The notes beneath the pieces are model-generated. The model did no database searches. It saw nothing but the letters and a program-made list of their open reading frames with translations, and was not told the DNA's origin. DNA of 52,263 nt, filler included, from Dirinaria sp. TL-2023a (Eukaryota): NCBI GenBank assembly GCA_051941275.1. It is 3 parts of 3 records of this genome, joined end to end, with 100 filler letters (N's around TTAATTAATTAA, not from the genome) between each part and the next. Parts side by side here need not be neighbours in the genome. Positions count along the whole stretch, not along the records: positions 1 to 17,365 come from JAVEBF010000432.1; positions 17,466 to 34,822 come from JAVEBF010000433.1; 1 more part is not named here. One strand, written 5' to 3'. This document shows positions 11,299 through 23,672 of the stretch, one piece after another. Every line of letters begins with the position of its first letter. The stretch's first letter is position 1. The position numbers were made by a program, and so were the translations under genes.

Positions 11299-12466
11299 AT
11301 GAGGTATGAAAAAGCACTCGTCTTGCTTACGAACTTTGCTTTTAGCCTGGCGACGCCGGTTAGTTTTCCGTCACTAGACGTACGCGAAGTTCCTCAGGAA
11401 CACTCGCACAATATCTTTCTGTCTAGTGTCCGAGCTAGTCTGGCCAAAAAAAATCCCGCCAGTATCAAGGATCCGGTATTTGGTCTCCTTGGCAATGCAG
11501 CAGCTGCCGCAGGCCAAGGATCGATCACAGATACGGATTGCCTCCACCAGGCTACAGCAGATCAAGCTTTCACCAATGCCAAAGCAGCAGGCGACGTCTC
11601 CGGTATGACAGATGCTCTGGTATACGCTGCGCTAGAGCGGAACACCGGTAAGGTTGGCCTAGCTAGCGTAAAATGTACGGCAATCAAGGCGAAGAATCCC
11701 GAGATTGGCACTGTCTCCCAGCATCAGGTACTTTATAGCGCTCTCACTTCTACTAAAGTGCATAAGTAACCATCCATATTTATAGGACCCCGCCTCACCC
11801 AATGCCGCTGCAATCAACAAAGCTGTCACTCTCGAATTAGCCAGACAGATTGCATCCATCGGAGGAGACCCGCAGCAAGCTGCCAAAGCTGGTACATTTA
11901 GTCCAGGCGACATTGGCGATCCGACTGCCAAGGGCAACTCCTGTGATACGGCGGACGATGAACAAGGCTGCATTTTCACTCAAAAATTACTAGCACCGGA
12001 TGCTACTCCAGAAGAGATTACTGCGGCAGCTGGATCTAGTCGCAGTAATACTTCTAGCACAGCGACACAAGCGGCCGCCAAGGCCGGCAATGCGCCCCTC
12101 CAAAACTCGACCACTGTAGCGAATTCCACAACAATGACAGCACCAAACGCAAATGTAACTTCGCCCGCATCAGCAGCTACAGCCACAAATGCTTCAGTCT
12201 CATCAAAGTCACCGTCTGCTGGCAATAACGTCCAGAGTTTTACCGGCGCTCTCGGAGGGCTCCCTCCGCCAGTGATCAAGTCTTCTGGGGGCAGACCTTT
12301 CAGCGTCAAAGGAGACACCTTCGTCAACTCCGGTGCAGCACTACAGAGGAGCTGCAGTATCCAGCACAACGCGTGTGCCGATGCTGCAAATAGCGGGAAA
12401 CTCGCAGGCGGGGTGGGACAATGCGATACGCAGGAAACGGAGTGTAACGATGCTGCAGGCAAATAG
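11299..12466 (+). CDS. Secreted Cys-containing uncharacterised fungal protein, 2 exons
   Basis: Signal peptide followed by REVPQEHSH...DPVFGLLG...DCLHQATAD. Intron at about 11728-11785. An Ala/Ser/Thr linker precedes a C-terminal module, FTGALGG...RSCSIQHNACADAANSG...QCDTQETEC. Confidence 0.85.
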
Positions 12467-13171
12467 GATTGGAAGAAGAAGGCTTTATAGTCTGTAGAAA
12501 AGGGAAAACGCTGCCGAGAAGGGGCTCGTTCCGAAGCCGGGAATATTTTGGGCGCCCTTCAAAGCCTGGCAAGGTCTCTCCTAAACTATGCTTGTACCGC
12601 CAAGCCTTAATACGCTCATTGCTCAGGATCTGACTCAGTGCGTCGAGGATTGAATGATTTATCTCCAGCGTTCTATTGATGGTCTTTTTGGGCATGAAGC
12701 TAGGGCTGTCGCAAATCGGGTGGTGGGCGTGGGCGTAGGTGGAGACATGGAGCTTGCAGGCGAGAACAATAAGAAATTGCGTTCACTGTGATCATGCGTG
12801 CGATTATAGCAAGGGTTCTAATGGGTTCTCATGAGTTGAGGTAGAGATAGAGTTGGTCTCTATCAAAGCGAAATGGGACTGTGATTGGACGATGCGAAAC
12901 CAACCGCGCTTTGAGGAGGAACCCGAGGGACCCCGCTCATCTGGTTGTACAAACATGATCTGTCTCAGCTTTGATTGGCCGCTGTTCGCGGTTCGAGTGG
13001 AGAGCTTCACATGAGCACCCGATTGAACCCGAGGGATCCTCCACCGTCCACCGTAAAGCAGGCGAACTATCGTATCAGCCCAACCCATCCAACACATTCA
13101 ACCAGCAGAATCAATTCACTGGGGGAGTCCCACTTGCATTGTCCGACTTCACAATCTATCGTTACTGACTC

Positions 13172-15612
13172 ATGGACATCGATCGACATTTGACTGAAGT
13201 AAATGGGGCCTTCTCATGGGATTCCCCGTTGCTAAATCAAAAACGCTTTTGCCTTTTGACAAAATTATTAGAATGGAAAGACAAGCAGCAGATATCTTTA
13301 TCTACCACCACCGTAGCAGGCAGAGACCAGCATACACGCTCCACCCAAGCCTTGCATGACGACAACCAAGGCTTAGATTCTGAGTCAGATAACGACTCAG
13401 TTGAACCGAGACAGCTTTCGCATGAGAAACCCCTCGACTACCTCAAGCGACGCTTTCTAGACAGGCTGGCAGAGATCTTGGACCGTCAGAAAAAGTTCCA
13501 CAGTGATAGCGACAACCCTGTCTCTGGCAAAAAAAGCGGGAAGCCAACCCAGGATGCAGCCGGTCAACCATCCAAGGGTCCAAACTCAGGACCTGGACAC
13601 ACTGCCGCAGCTTCTCTGATAGAGGATGATGGCTGTGCCCTTGTGCTCGTGGCAAAGAATCGCGGTTTGGAACCTGAAGACAGAGAGATGATGAAGAGAC
13701 TGTCAATCTGGATCCGGGTCATGGCCAAAACCGGTGAAAGAAACCTGGCTAATGATTCCTTCTGGAAGGAATTGCTGCTCTACTGCCGTCGCCGGATAAG
13801 CTTTTACATCAAGCAGATATCCTCTCTGACTATGGGCTGGCAGCCTTCTGCGGAGTTTATCAGTAGGGGCGCACGTGAGCGCGAGCTGAACGATCTCCTA
13901 AATCTTTGCAGAATGTTTGGTGACAAACCTCTCGACACCTACGAGACAGAACCCGTATCGAAACTCGTGTGCCTAGCTTATGCACTACGCTCATCAGTAG
14001 CAGCAGCTTTGGGCGAAGTCCCCATAACAAAGCCAAAGCTTCTAGTATTCAACATCGCCTTGCTTGGACGCTATCGTGCTGCCTTTGAAACATTCAAGGA
14101 AGCGGCAATGCATTTCGCAGCATTCAAAGAATTAAAGATACAGGAAGTAGAACTTATCTCTCCCAAGAAATTAGAGCTCGATCTCTCATACGTGACTGGT
14201 ACATTGAACGACTTACGGATACCGATCTCGGATCTAGGGGCCAAAAGAAGTACTCGATCTTTGCGTACGCAGTGTCAATCTGAGCATTTCTTTCATGCTG
14301 AAATGCAACTACTGGTAGCGTTGGAGAAGCAGTCCCAACAGGAGCGGTCCTGCAAGATATATCCCTATTTGGGCGTCAGCAAGAAGACGTGTTTTCTATG
14401 CAGCGAGATTCTGACTTCGTTCCCATTCTATCGTACCCGGGGCTCCCATATGAAGGTTTATGGCCTCTGGGATATTCCACAGATAGAGCATCTTAATCGA
14501 ACATTCCTTTTCCAATTCCAATCCGCTCTGCTGCAAACTCAGAATAAGCTCCAAAGCCTGGTAGAGCAAGCTTTCCATGTACCAAAGAAGAGCAAGCCAC
14601 CTTTTGTCGCCGAGTCTTCTGCCGGCATCTCAAGTCGGACGGGAGCGTCAAGCATTGATAGCCGAATACGACATCTGACGAAGATCCTTGGCATTGAACA
14701 GAGACAGACCCTCGATAGAGAGAACAGTAAAAAAGCGTCTGATTCGGCATTCGATCCGTATCGACCGTATGGAGAAGTTCTCAGGCAAATCGTCGCACTT
14801 CGGCTACCCGGCGAAGGAGGTAAACCATCGCTCGTCAAAGCTCCGCTCGTAGTCAAGCCTGAGGACTATGTAGGCAGTGATCGTTTCAGTACTATCATTC
14901 CCTGCTTCAGTGCATACTGGGGTGTACACGATCGCGAGAAACGTATGCTCTCATTTGATGCGAAGAACCAAGACGTGATGGCAAATAACGGCCTCTATTA
15001 CATCTATTGGATTGAGAACGACGACCTCCAACCAAACTCTTATCTGAAAGAACTTCTTCCTGACACCATCTCTACACTACCTACTCATGTTCGATTTTGG
15101 CGTGGAGATATATTCATTGTCAAAGTGGAGGTGGACCAACATGGTCACGATTTTGATGAAAATGGAAACTCAAGGTTCACTGATGTGTCTCGAAGTTTAA
15201 GTGAAGCACGGCAGCTGATGCGAATAATTTTCACGGGCTACTTTGAGAGGGAGCAACTAGAAAAGGAAGCAGAGAGCGACGCCTACTTCAACGAGGAAGA
15301 AGAAAAGCGAGAACGAGCCAAAACCCTGATATACGAGAAGATGTAAGCCGATCTTGGGATTTGTTGGTCAGCTCTCGAGGATCACTAAAATAGTCTGATA
15401 GGTCTCCTGCTGAGAAGGAACTGCTTAAACGGTCTCCACCAGGTACTCTTGACTACCTGATGATGACACCGGGCAAGTATGCGTACGGCTGGATCTCCAC
15501 CGGTATTCGGCCTTCTGAAGAAGACCCGACGATGATGAAAATCTCTGGTTTTGATGTACCTTCGACCTTGGACCGAATAGGATGGACAGGCTTCTCCAGC
15601 AATCAGTTATAA
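13172..15612 (+). CDS. OTT_1508-like nucleic acid/nucleotide deaminase-domain protein, 2 exons
   Basis: The 724-aa ORF contains RRFLDRLAEIL, LVLVAKN, the Zn/catalytic motif HAEMQL and YLGVSKKTCFLC. An intron at 15343-15401 (GTAAGC...ATAG) extends the frame by about 70 aa to TAA at 15610-15612. Confidence 0.8.
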
Positions 15613-17365
15613 CAATGCTGTAATTGGAGCAGCGACAGCACCTGTTTTAGAGCCATTTCGGTTACGTGTCTCAGGATGTGTCTCTGAGCTCGAAGCTCGA
15701 ATCAGGTGTCTAGTCGGCCGTCTGACTCCAAACAGCTTCATACTAACGGCATCTAATGATCGAATTTCTTTTTGCGATATAAAATCCATTGACGTAATGG
15801 AGATGCTTCTATACCGGCATAGGATTATACACTTCTCTGGGTTGCAGGAAAACAAGGTATACTACTTGGATCTCCCGTTATTGACTGTCTGACCACTTGG
15901 GCGTCAATACACCCGAACGAGATGCATGTGTATGGTTCTTGACAGTTGACCTCGACGCTGCTGGAATCTATTGACGTCAACTCATCAGCCTAATCCAGAT
16001 ATCTGGAAATCGTGCTAGCACCAAGGTTCCTATGTTACCGAGAAATTTCCAAGTGTCATACTCACTGTCGGTGCATCCTTGCCATGATCACCCGAAAGCT
16101 GTTCCATTGGAGAAAGTCGACCTGTCATCCCGAGCCCGACAGCACGGTAAGTTGAGCACAAGCCACCACAGCTGTCAGCTGTCTGAGATCTGGGACGCGC
16201 GCTCGGGCTCCGTCAGCCTGCATCATTGGGTGGTCTTTGAAGAATCAAGGAATGCAGTGGGGATTATGCGCGATACTGGCGACGGTGGTTCGCATACAGG
16301 CGCACAAGCTTATCGCTGACATCATCTGCACCTCACCATTTATGGCCGTGAAATTTCGCAACTTTTCACGAGATGTGATCTTGCTGGCGTGGGTGAAGGA
16401 ACGAGTACTGCCGTAGCTGCCAGCATTTGCCAGCATTCTGGGGAAGTCCGTGAGTCAATGCCCCACGAAATGTAATATCGCAATTGAGATTGCTGTTGCA
16501 GATTGTCCTATCACTGCTACTGACATTTTAAGGGCTTATAGTCAACTCTTCGCGAGCATAGCGATGATCTCAATTTTGAGCATGATATTGACGTATGCTC
16601 CGGTTTCTTCCATGCGGCAATGCCGATGAACATGCGTCGATACCCTACAATGACCGTTGAACCCGGGTTTGACATCGTAGACTCCGGCAACAACGGATCT
16701 GCGATCTCATGAACCGCTTGCAGTGGAATCCGCAAAACAAAGGTGCGAACGAAAGCGTTCCAATGGAATTGCATCAAAAGATGAGGAATATCTTTTTATA
16801 GCGAGCTTTGTGAATAGGTGAATGGTTGGGCTCCCCTCCTGCATGACTATAGTATATAATTTAATATCCCAATCGAGCACGGCATTCTCATTTTCGATTA
16901 CGTTTCGAGCATGAGCTTATATTGGACCAGAGATCGTGGAGACATCCGAAAGGGGAAGTAGGTGCAGGAGCAAATGCTGCCAGATACTCCTCAAAGTTCG
17001 CGGGTGGGAATCCAATCACCTCGAGCTATGGATCTCGGGAATACGCTCCCTCTGCACCAAAGAGGTATCTACACACGCCCTTGCATCAACCTAGAGAACG
17101 AAAATGCGTTTGAGGAAGTCACTACCCGCTACCCAGATCCGGAGTCTTCTCCGTCTCCTCATGTTTGATGTTTGAGGTCTAAGGAATCGATTTTCCGGTT
17201 TTGGAGCACACATTCTTTTCTTTCTCCTCCACATTAATTTTTCAATTTTGAGAAAAAAAAAAAGAAAAGGAAAAAAGAAAGGACTTAATCGGAACCAGTC
17301 TCTAACCCAAACCCCTAGAACAATGACTGACGAGTAATACACACAACTCCTTAAAAATAAAAGAG

Positions 17366-17465
17366 NNNNNNNNNNNNNNNNNNNNNNNNNNNNNNNNNNN
17401 NNNNNNNNNTTAATTAATTAANNNNNNNNNNNNNNNNNNNNNNNNNNNNNNNNNNNNNNNNNNNN
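17366..17465. other. Artificial contig-joining linker (N44-TTAATTAATTAA-N44)
   Basis: Exactly 100 nt. The central 12-mer puts stop codons in all six frames. Confidence 0.97.
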
Positions 17466-18412
17466 AACCCAATCCCATCAAATCGTCCCCACGTACTACC
17501 TCACCAATTCAACCCTCAAATCTCAATCTCTATTAAAATCTCCCACCTCGATCCCCCTTCCCTCCCTTTCCTTTTTAGGACCCAAAATTCGCTTTAGATA
17601 TGCTTCTCATATCCCATCAGAGACCTCTATAGTAAGAGGATTCTTGGCGGCGGAGGAGTTTTAAGTCTAAGAGAGAAAAAAGGGGAGGAAAGAGGTAGCC
17701 AGATCTGGTTATGCTCAAGGTGGGCCTTGCTATCAAAGACAGAATAGTAAGAGAAGAAAGGAAATACAAGGCTCTATGTTATGGGAATGCAGGGCTGGTG
17801 GGTTGGATGGAAGGTGATATATAGCGGCTTTGGAAGCTTAAGGGGGTTGGAGGGGGCTGAGGAAATGAAGGTGGGAAGTTGAGCGATGGAAGAATAAAGT
17901 GCGATTTTGGGAGACTATGTGAGGTTGGGCTTAGAGTGAATGAGGGGGGGTTAATAGGTTGAGACAGGTACTTGGGGAAAAGGGGGCAAGGGTGGAGAGG
18001 GGTGAAGCCGGTAGCAACTTGGAAACTTGAGGATGCATGGGCAGACATGCTTGTGCTGAATGTGAGTTGTGATGGTATTTTGAGTAGATAGTAATGTAAA
18101 GTAGAGAGGAAAATTGATAGGTTGGTTTGCATTAGGAACGAACGCCCGGTGTGGAGGGAGGAGGGAGGTATGTTCCGTGGGGTTAGGAGTGGATCCATGC
18201 TGGCGATTACGCTGGGAGATGGTTGTCCTTGTTGTTTGTTATAGATGACTGATCAAGTCGTGAAGAACGATTGAGTGATAGTGAATGCTTGATACTCTTT
18301 GAAGACTATGGATTTGCATGGTCATGAAGCATTGTTCTTTTTGGGAATCAGCATGCATCTGTCAATGGTCGTCTTCCTCACTGCTCTGTATCGAATGTGC
18401 ATCCTTCGGCTC

Positions 18413-19807
18413 TCAATGTTCGTCGGAGTCGTGCTCAGAATCATCCTGAGAATGAAACTCGCCACAAGGTCCTCCCAGCAACATGATACCTCCAGCTCCT
18501 GCTGGCCTGATTATTGAACCCCGTGTGTCGAGGCGATGGCAGTGGATACAATTTTTCGAGTGAGTTGTTAAGTTGAGCTCCATTTTGTCCCTTGACGGAA
18601 GAAGCTCCTCTTTCTGTCTCTCTAAGATCTCTTTACGCACCTCCCGCCAGGACTTATGGCACATCACCGGATCCGTGATTATTATAGAACGTAGTGAATC
18701 ACGATGAACTCTTAGAAAGCGTTGCAGTTCGTGCTTCCTCGTTGCAACTTGATGGAGACGGAGGGTGTGCAGCTGAGTGTAATGCGAATACTCCAGCAAC
18801 TCGAGGGCATCGATGCTGATGTCGTTGTTCGGATCTTGAATGATAGTGAGTTCCTCCAGGGCAGTCAGTGACACTAGCCATGGTTTGGAGAATAGATCAG
18901 TTGGTTTGATCCTTCTCTTCTCCCGCATACTCGATTCCTGACTGTATTGTGCCCATCTAAAACTCTGCCAAGTCTCCTGCCCAAGATTTATTGTCAATGA
19001 CTTTATATGCTTCATATTGAGCGAACTCCAGTCCAGAAGCCGACGATCCATGATATCTGTGATATCGTGGAGCTTCAGAGCTGCGATCGGCATGTCTTGG
19101 AGCTGTGTTGCAGCAAGGAAGAGCTGGAAATGCTGATAGCATCTCAAAAATTGCAATGATGCAGAGTTTTCCGGCAAAGGTTCCAGAAAGTCAACGTGAC
19201 GGTTCAGGATGTCTAGAACCTGGGGGGTGAGAGGGGGCTTGCCAATCATCTGTGCAGTAGACTCACGTAGCGCCTTGCACCCAATTGTCTCGAGCTTTGT
19301 AAGGCGTGTAAACTTATGGATGCAAATTTCTGGCAGGATGTGCTCCAATGGTTCGCTGCCATTAAACCGAATGTACCAATGGTAAATGGTGTCATAACCA
19401 ATCAGCCAGTATTGATGCTGCTTCCAGGCTTCCCCAAGCGCGTTTTCATCGAAAGGAGTTTGCCATCCATTCAAAAGGTCCTTTGCAGCCTCGCACCATT
19501 CCTCGCAGGACTTGCTTTCAATAGGCACTCGTACTTGAGCAACTTGTATCGTTCTCACCACGGCCGCCAAGGCCGGAACTTGAGCAATCTTGTTCAAGTT
19601 CTCCCATTTCTCCGGAGGCTGACGAAGGAGTAGGGTGCCGAAGATATGCTTGACAGTGATTTCTGCAAACCGTCGGCTAACAAGGCGAAGGCTCTTCGCA
19701 CCCTGCGCGTTAGTTCTCACCAGAGCTTGAGAGATATCGTCGAGGATTTCGTTTGGTAGAGACTCGAGCGTGTGTTTAGAAACACTATCTGTGGGATTCG
19801 AGGTCAT
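18413..19807 (-). CDS. F-box-like protein with a degenerate LRR-like C-terminus
   Basis: The N-terminus LESLPNEILDDISQAL...KSLRLVSRRFAEIT..IF matches the F-box pattern. LxxLxL repeats follow (LTALEELTI, TQLHTLRL). Intronless 464-aa ORF. Confidence 0.75.
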   Translation of the reverse strand: MTSNPTDSVSKHTLESLPNEILDDISQALVRTNAQGAKSLRLVSRRFAEITVKHIFGTLLLRQPPEKWENLNKIAQVPALAAVVRTIQVAQVRVPIESKSCEEWCEAAKDLLNGWQTPFDENALGEAWKQHQYWLIGYDTIYHWYIRFNGSEPLEHILPEICIHKFTRLTKLETIGCKALRESTAQMIGKPPLTPQVLDILNRHVDFLEPLPENSASLQFLRCYQHFQLFLAATQLQDMPIAALKLHDITDIMDRRLLDWSSLNMKHIKSLTINLGQETWQSFRWAQYSQESSMREKRRIKPTDLFSKPWLVSLTALEELTIIQDPNNDISIDALELLEYSHYTQLHTLRLHQVATRKHELQRFLRVHRDSLRSIIITDPVMCHKSWREVRKEILERQKEELLPSRDKMELNLTTHSKNCIHCHRLDTRGSIIRPAGAGGIMLLGGPCGEFHSQDDSEHDSDEH

Positions 19808-21798
19808 GTTTGAAGGCCGGCAAGGAGATATCTAGAGAGTTAGGACATGTGCGAGGAGAAGAAGGGCCAAAGATCTCGAGGTGTATATACCCCTAGAAAT
19901 GACTGATGTCTGTGATGTTAGATCAGAACTCTTCGTCATTTCCCATTGATTGACTAAGGTTTCACGGAACAGTTTTTCTGTCGAATAGAATAGACAAGCG
20001 ATGAGTAACATCGTGTCGAGTGATTGGACCCCTATGTCGCGTGTGTCATATCATTATCCACTATTGTTTGAGCCCCATTATGCCTGACTTCAAAATTGTG
20101 AGCTGTTCGTCTAATGTTTGAAACAAATTATTAAAGTATGAAACGATCACCTGCTTCATAAGAACAGAGACCGCAACATGGAACAAAAGTGGTGGGACTG
20201 GTTGATCATAAAGGAAGAATACCGATCCATAAAGGAAATCCACGTTATTAGTCTATTAGGTCCTGCCACGCTTCCAGATAACATCAATTCATAAACATCG
20301 ATCATCATGATGTATCATGGTGTGGTGGTTCTACATGAACCTGACATACCTTAACGCCCCTGCTTTGGCTTTGTTGTGCGTGGGCCGTGGATTGCTGCAT
20401 TTGTGGATCCATAAGGTAAGGTATGTATATGTAACCCTAGAAAAAAACCAGGGTTAGAGCGCAGCTCTAACCATTTGAGGCAGAAATTAAACCCAATTGA
20501 GTCAATAAACATGCAACATATACCTTGAATTATGAGATGAAATGGACTCTTCTGTGTTCATTAAAGATATTGAAGCAATGGTAGCAAATATGGAGGCGTT
20601 TATAGATGCACAAGGCATGCAAACAAGGTATTAGAACTATGCAGGCTGTATTTCACATAGAAATTGTATGAGGAGTTAAGCTCGAGTGTTGTTTGTGCCT
20701 TGTGGTGTGTGCGGGACTTGGAAATTTTTGTTTACTTTTCTCCCCTCTATGCATGATCCATGCTCGATTCTCTTACTTCAGGACTTCGAATCCAAGTGGT
20801 AGTTTTGGGATTTGAGCTCTTCGGTGGTTCGTAGTCATCTACTATTCACAGGACTACATACATCGTCTAAATCAACTGTACACGAGAGGACAAATAGAGG
20901 GCAATGAATGCTGCTGGCAGTGTTTTCCAACAGGAGAGAAGGGACAGAAACGACGAGTCTAGAAAATTTGGAAATAGCAGTGCAGACTGTACAAAGGTTG
21001 CAGCATGAAGTAGCTACAGGCGCCAGGTGATCATCACTGCAACCTAATGGAAATCCTGTCATCAAAAACTTGGAGGAGTATTAGTCTTTAAAAATTTTTG
21101 AAAGATTTAGGAACGACTTTAAAGAAACTCTATTATGCTCTGTGAGAATCTTTGATCAGGTTCATGTGTTGCATGTATGATCTAAGGAGGAATGATACCA
21201 TTCAGCGTTAATGTTGACTTGCTCTTTGGTGGTCTCACCTGTTTCGCCTACCTGATGCTCTGGAGGTCCACAAATTTCAGTTCTGTAGCTCAAACCTGGA
21301 AATGCCCCTGTGGACCCTCATCCTCTGAGAACAATCGACAATAGACGAGAATGGTGGGACGGATAGATTACTCTGTGTTCGACTAGACCACCCTTGTCGC
21401 AACTCCATATTCTTTCCCAGCCTTGTATATGTAGCAACGCATACGAGTTGCAGGCGAGTGCAAATAACCAATTGGGTTTCAAGACGATCGTTCGATCTCC
21501 AGCGATCATTTTCATAGCTCAGCGCAAGATGGGGATCTCATAGGAGAATGATTGATACAGCAAAGTCAGATCGCGAAAGTCCCTCTGGCCACGTTAGAAC
21601 AGCAGATATCAAGAGCAGGTATGCTGCAAACTGTGCCTGAACCGTTGCAAGTGTTTTTCTAGAGCCATGAGAGTGAACAGAAAACTAGGCTGATAATGCT
21701 AAATCTAGAGGGTATGAATCAAACTAACTCCCTCGCTCATGCGTAAAGTCGGCGGCATCGGTATTGAGACCAGCTACTCGTCCGAGAGAATTCCAGAA

Positions 21799-22896
21799 TT
21801 ATATTACGGCGAACGCACTCGCGTAGCTGACACTGCTGTCGCTCACTTTAGTACAGTCCGAGCTCCTCTCGTACCTTACAAACTTGAACTTTCCCAGGCC
21901 CTCCTCTTTAATATCCCCCCTCTGCTCGCTCAGCACCTCCATTGCGCGCATGATAACGCCAATGGGATGCCTGCCACACACCGTGTTCCCAGTCTCACCC
22001 AAGCAATCCAGAAAGGCATCATGACTACCAGATTCGACTGCACGCATAGCCAATCGGTCGAGTCTCTTGATACTGGCATGTATAGGAGTGGAGCTCGAAG
22101 GTGTTGACTTGCGGCCCAGCGAGTATCCCGCAGGATCGTCTGAGCTTGGGAGGTAGTATGTATAGTTGAAGCGAAGGCCCCAATGGCAGAAATCGCTGCT
22201 GACAACGAAGGTGTTTGACGAGTCTGCCAGGTATGGTGCTAATAGTTCTCCGTATCCCTTTTCCACCGTAGGATTGGTGCTGCCCACCAAGATGGGTACG
22301 AGGGGAGGAAAGGAATCTGGCGAGAAATTTCGAGACAGCATTTTGTAAATGTATGGAAGGTGCATTTCGAGACTGTGCTCTGCTTCATCGACGTCGAGTG
22401 ACATAGTCGTAAAGCGAGAAGTAGCCTGAAGCTCGGCTATGGTAGTTTTGTCGAGCGTAAGGTCACCGAGCGGAGTCTCGTAGCTGGTGCATTGAGAGAG
22501 CGCGCAGCCAGAGAGATAAGAATGGTGGGAGGGGCCTAGGAGGAAGACACGCTTGCTGTACAATTCGGGGTAAGCATCTAGGCAGGAAAAAAGGGGAAGA
22601 AAGAGAAGGACTACGTTTTAGAGAGATCGAGAGATTTGTATGCCCAAGCTGCAGGCGGACCTGAATATGCGTACCCGGCATGTCTGTGAAAGATGGAATA
22701 AGCGAAGCTGCAAAAAAGAATCCATGGTCCAGTATGCTCACGGTGCGATGATCACTCGAGCTCCTGGTTTTGGCACTGTACCTACGCCGTCAATACTGTT
22801 CGGCACCTCAGCTATCCAGCCGTCGAGTTGCTGTGATAGAACTGGTGCATGATCAGTGTACCACGACCCAGCGTGGCTGGCTTCCCTTCTGACCAT
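21799..22896 (-). CDS. MEMO1: MEMO1 family protein (Mho1-like)
   Basis: MVRREASHAGSWY start, then ARVIIAP|HAGY, FLLGPSHH, EHSLEMHLPY, SSDFCHWG, NTVCGRHPI and DSSVSYAS. Confidence 0.93.
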
Positions 22897-23672
22897 GGAG
22901 TCAGAGTACGGAGCTGTTCAAGACACCGAATATCGAAAGTTCTGTTGCGTAGGTCGGATAATTGCTATGTTCTACCTTACGGTCTTGAAGTACTTTCGAG
23001 GTCGGGTAAATACGGCTTCAATATGAGGGACGGCAACTGGCCGAGTTGGCCCGACGAAACAATTAAAACGCAACTCTACAGTATGTTTGCGCTCCACAAT
23101 CTATATGGTAGACAACAGCAAGCAAAGCGTACCTCATCTGGGCCCATCTATTCTTTGGGTGTGAGAGGTGAGCAACGGGAATGTCTTCATTCAACCTTTT
23201 TATTTGTTCGGATCTTACAACTCATTCAAACATCAAGCCCCGAAACGAGAAATGGCCCAGCCCAAGACCAACACCGTGCGCGTTGCCAAAGATACTTTAT
23301 TTTGCTTTTCATTAAGCCTGAGCAGTTCCCAACGAGCCAAAAAAAAGAAACCATCATGGAAAGTAAATCTGCAACATCGATCCGCTTGCGGAATCCGGGC
23401 ATCTGGTGATACAAAATAGTAGAACTCCCTCCAATGGTTGAATGATAGCCGACGCGGAGGCCCCTAGCGGATCCGCTGCAGCAGACTCCAAAACTCCTCG
23501 CTTGAGCTGGTAAAATCGTCGAACATAGAGGGTATAGCAAAGAGACCATTGTGCCTCGACAGAATGGGTATGCGCATGATGATGCCAAGGTCAACTGAGT
23601 ATTGGTCGGCTGTCAAAAGCAGAGTGCTGAAAATGATATTAGAGCGACGTCTCTCACTGCCAGCATGTTCGC

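Noticed and set aside
15620..17365. Scattered 60-95 aa ORFs downstream of the deaminase gene
   Set aside because: No coherent spliced model or recognisable domain could be built.
17410..17421. TTAATTAATTAA as a biological palindrome or transposon target site
   Set aside because: It sits centrally in N-padding and recurs identically at 34867-34878, so it is a synthetic six-frame stop linker.
17779..18198. 139-aa Pro/Ser-rich minus-strand ORF
   Set aside because: Explained by strong purine/pyrimidine strand bias near a contig end. No recognisable motif.
20908..21180. Protein-looking + strand frame interrupted by TGA, TAG and TGA (possible RIP-mutated pseudogene)
   Set aside because: Three stops in about 91 codons is close to random expectation, and no domain is recognisable.
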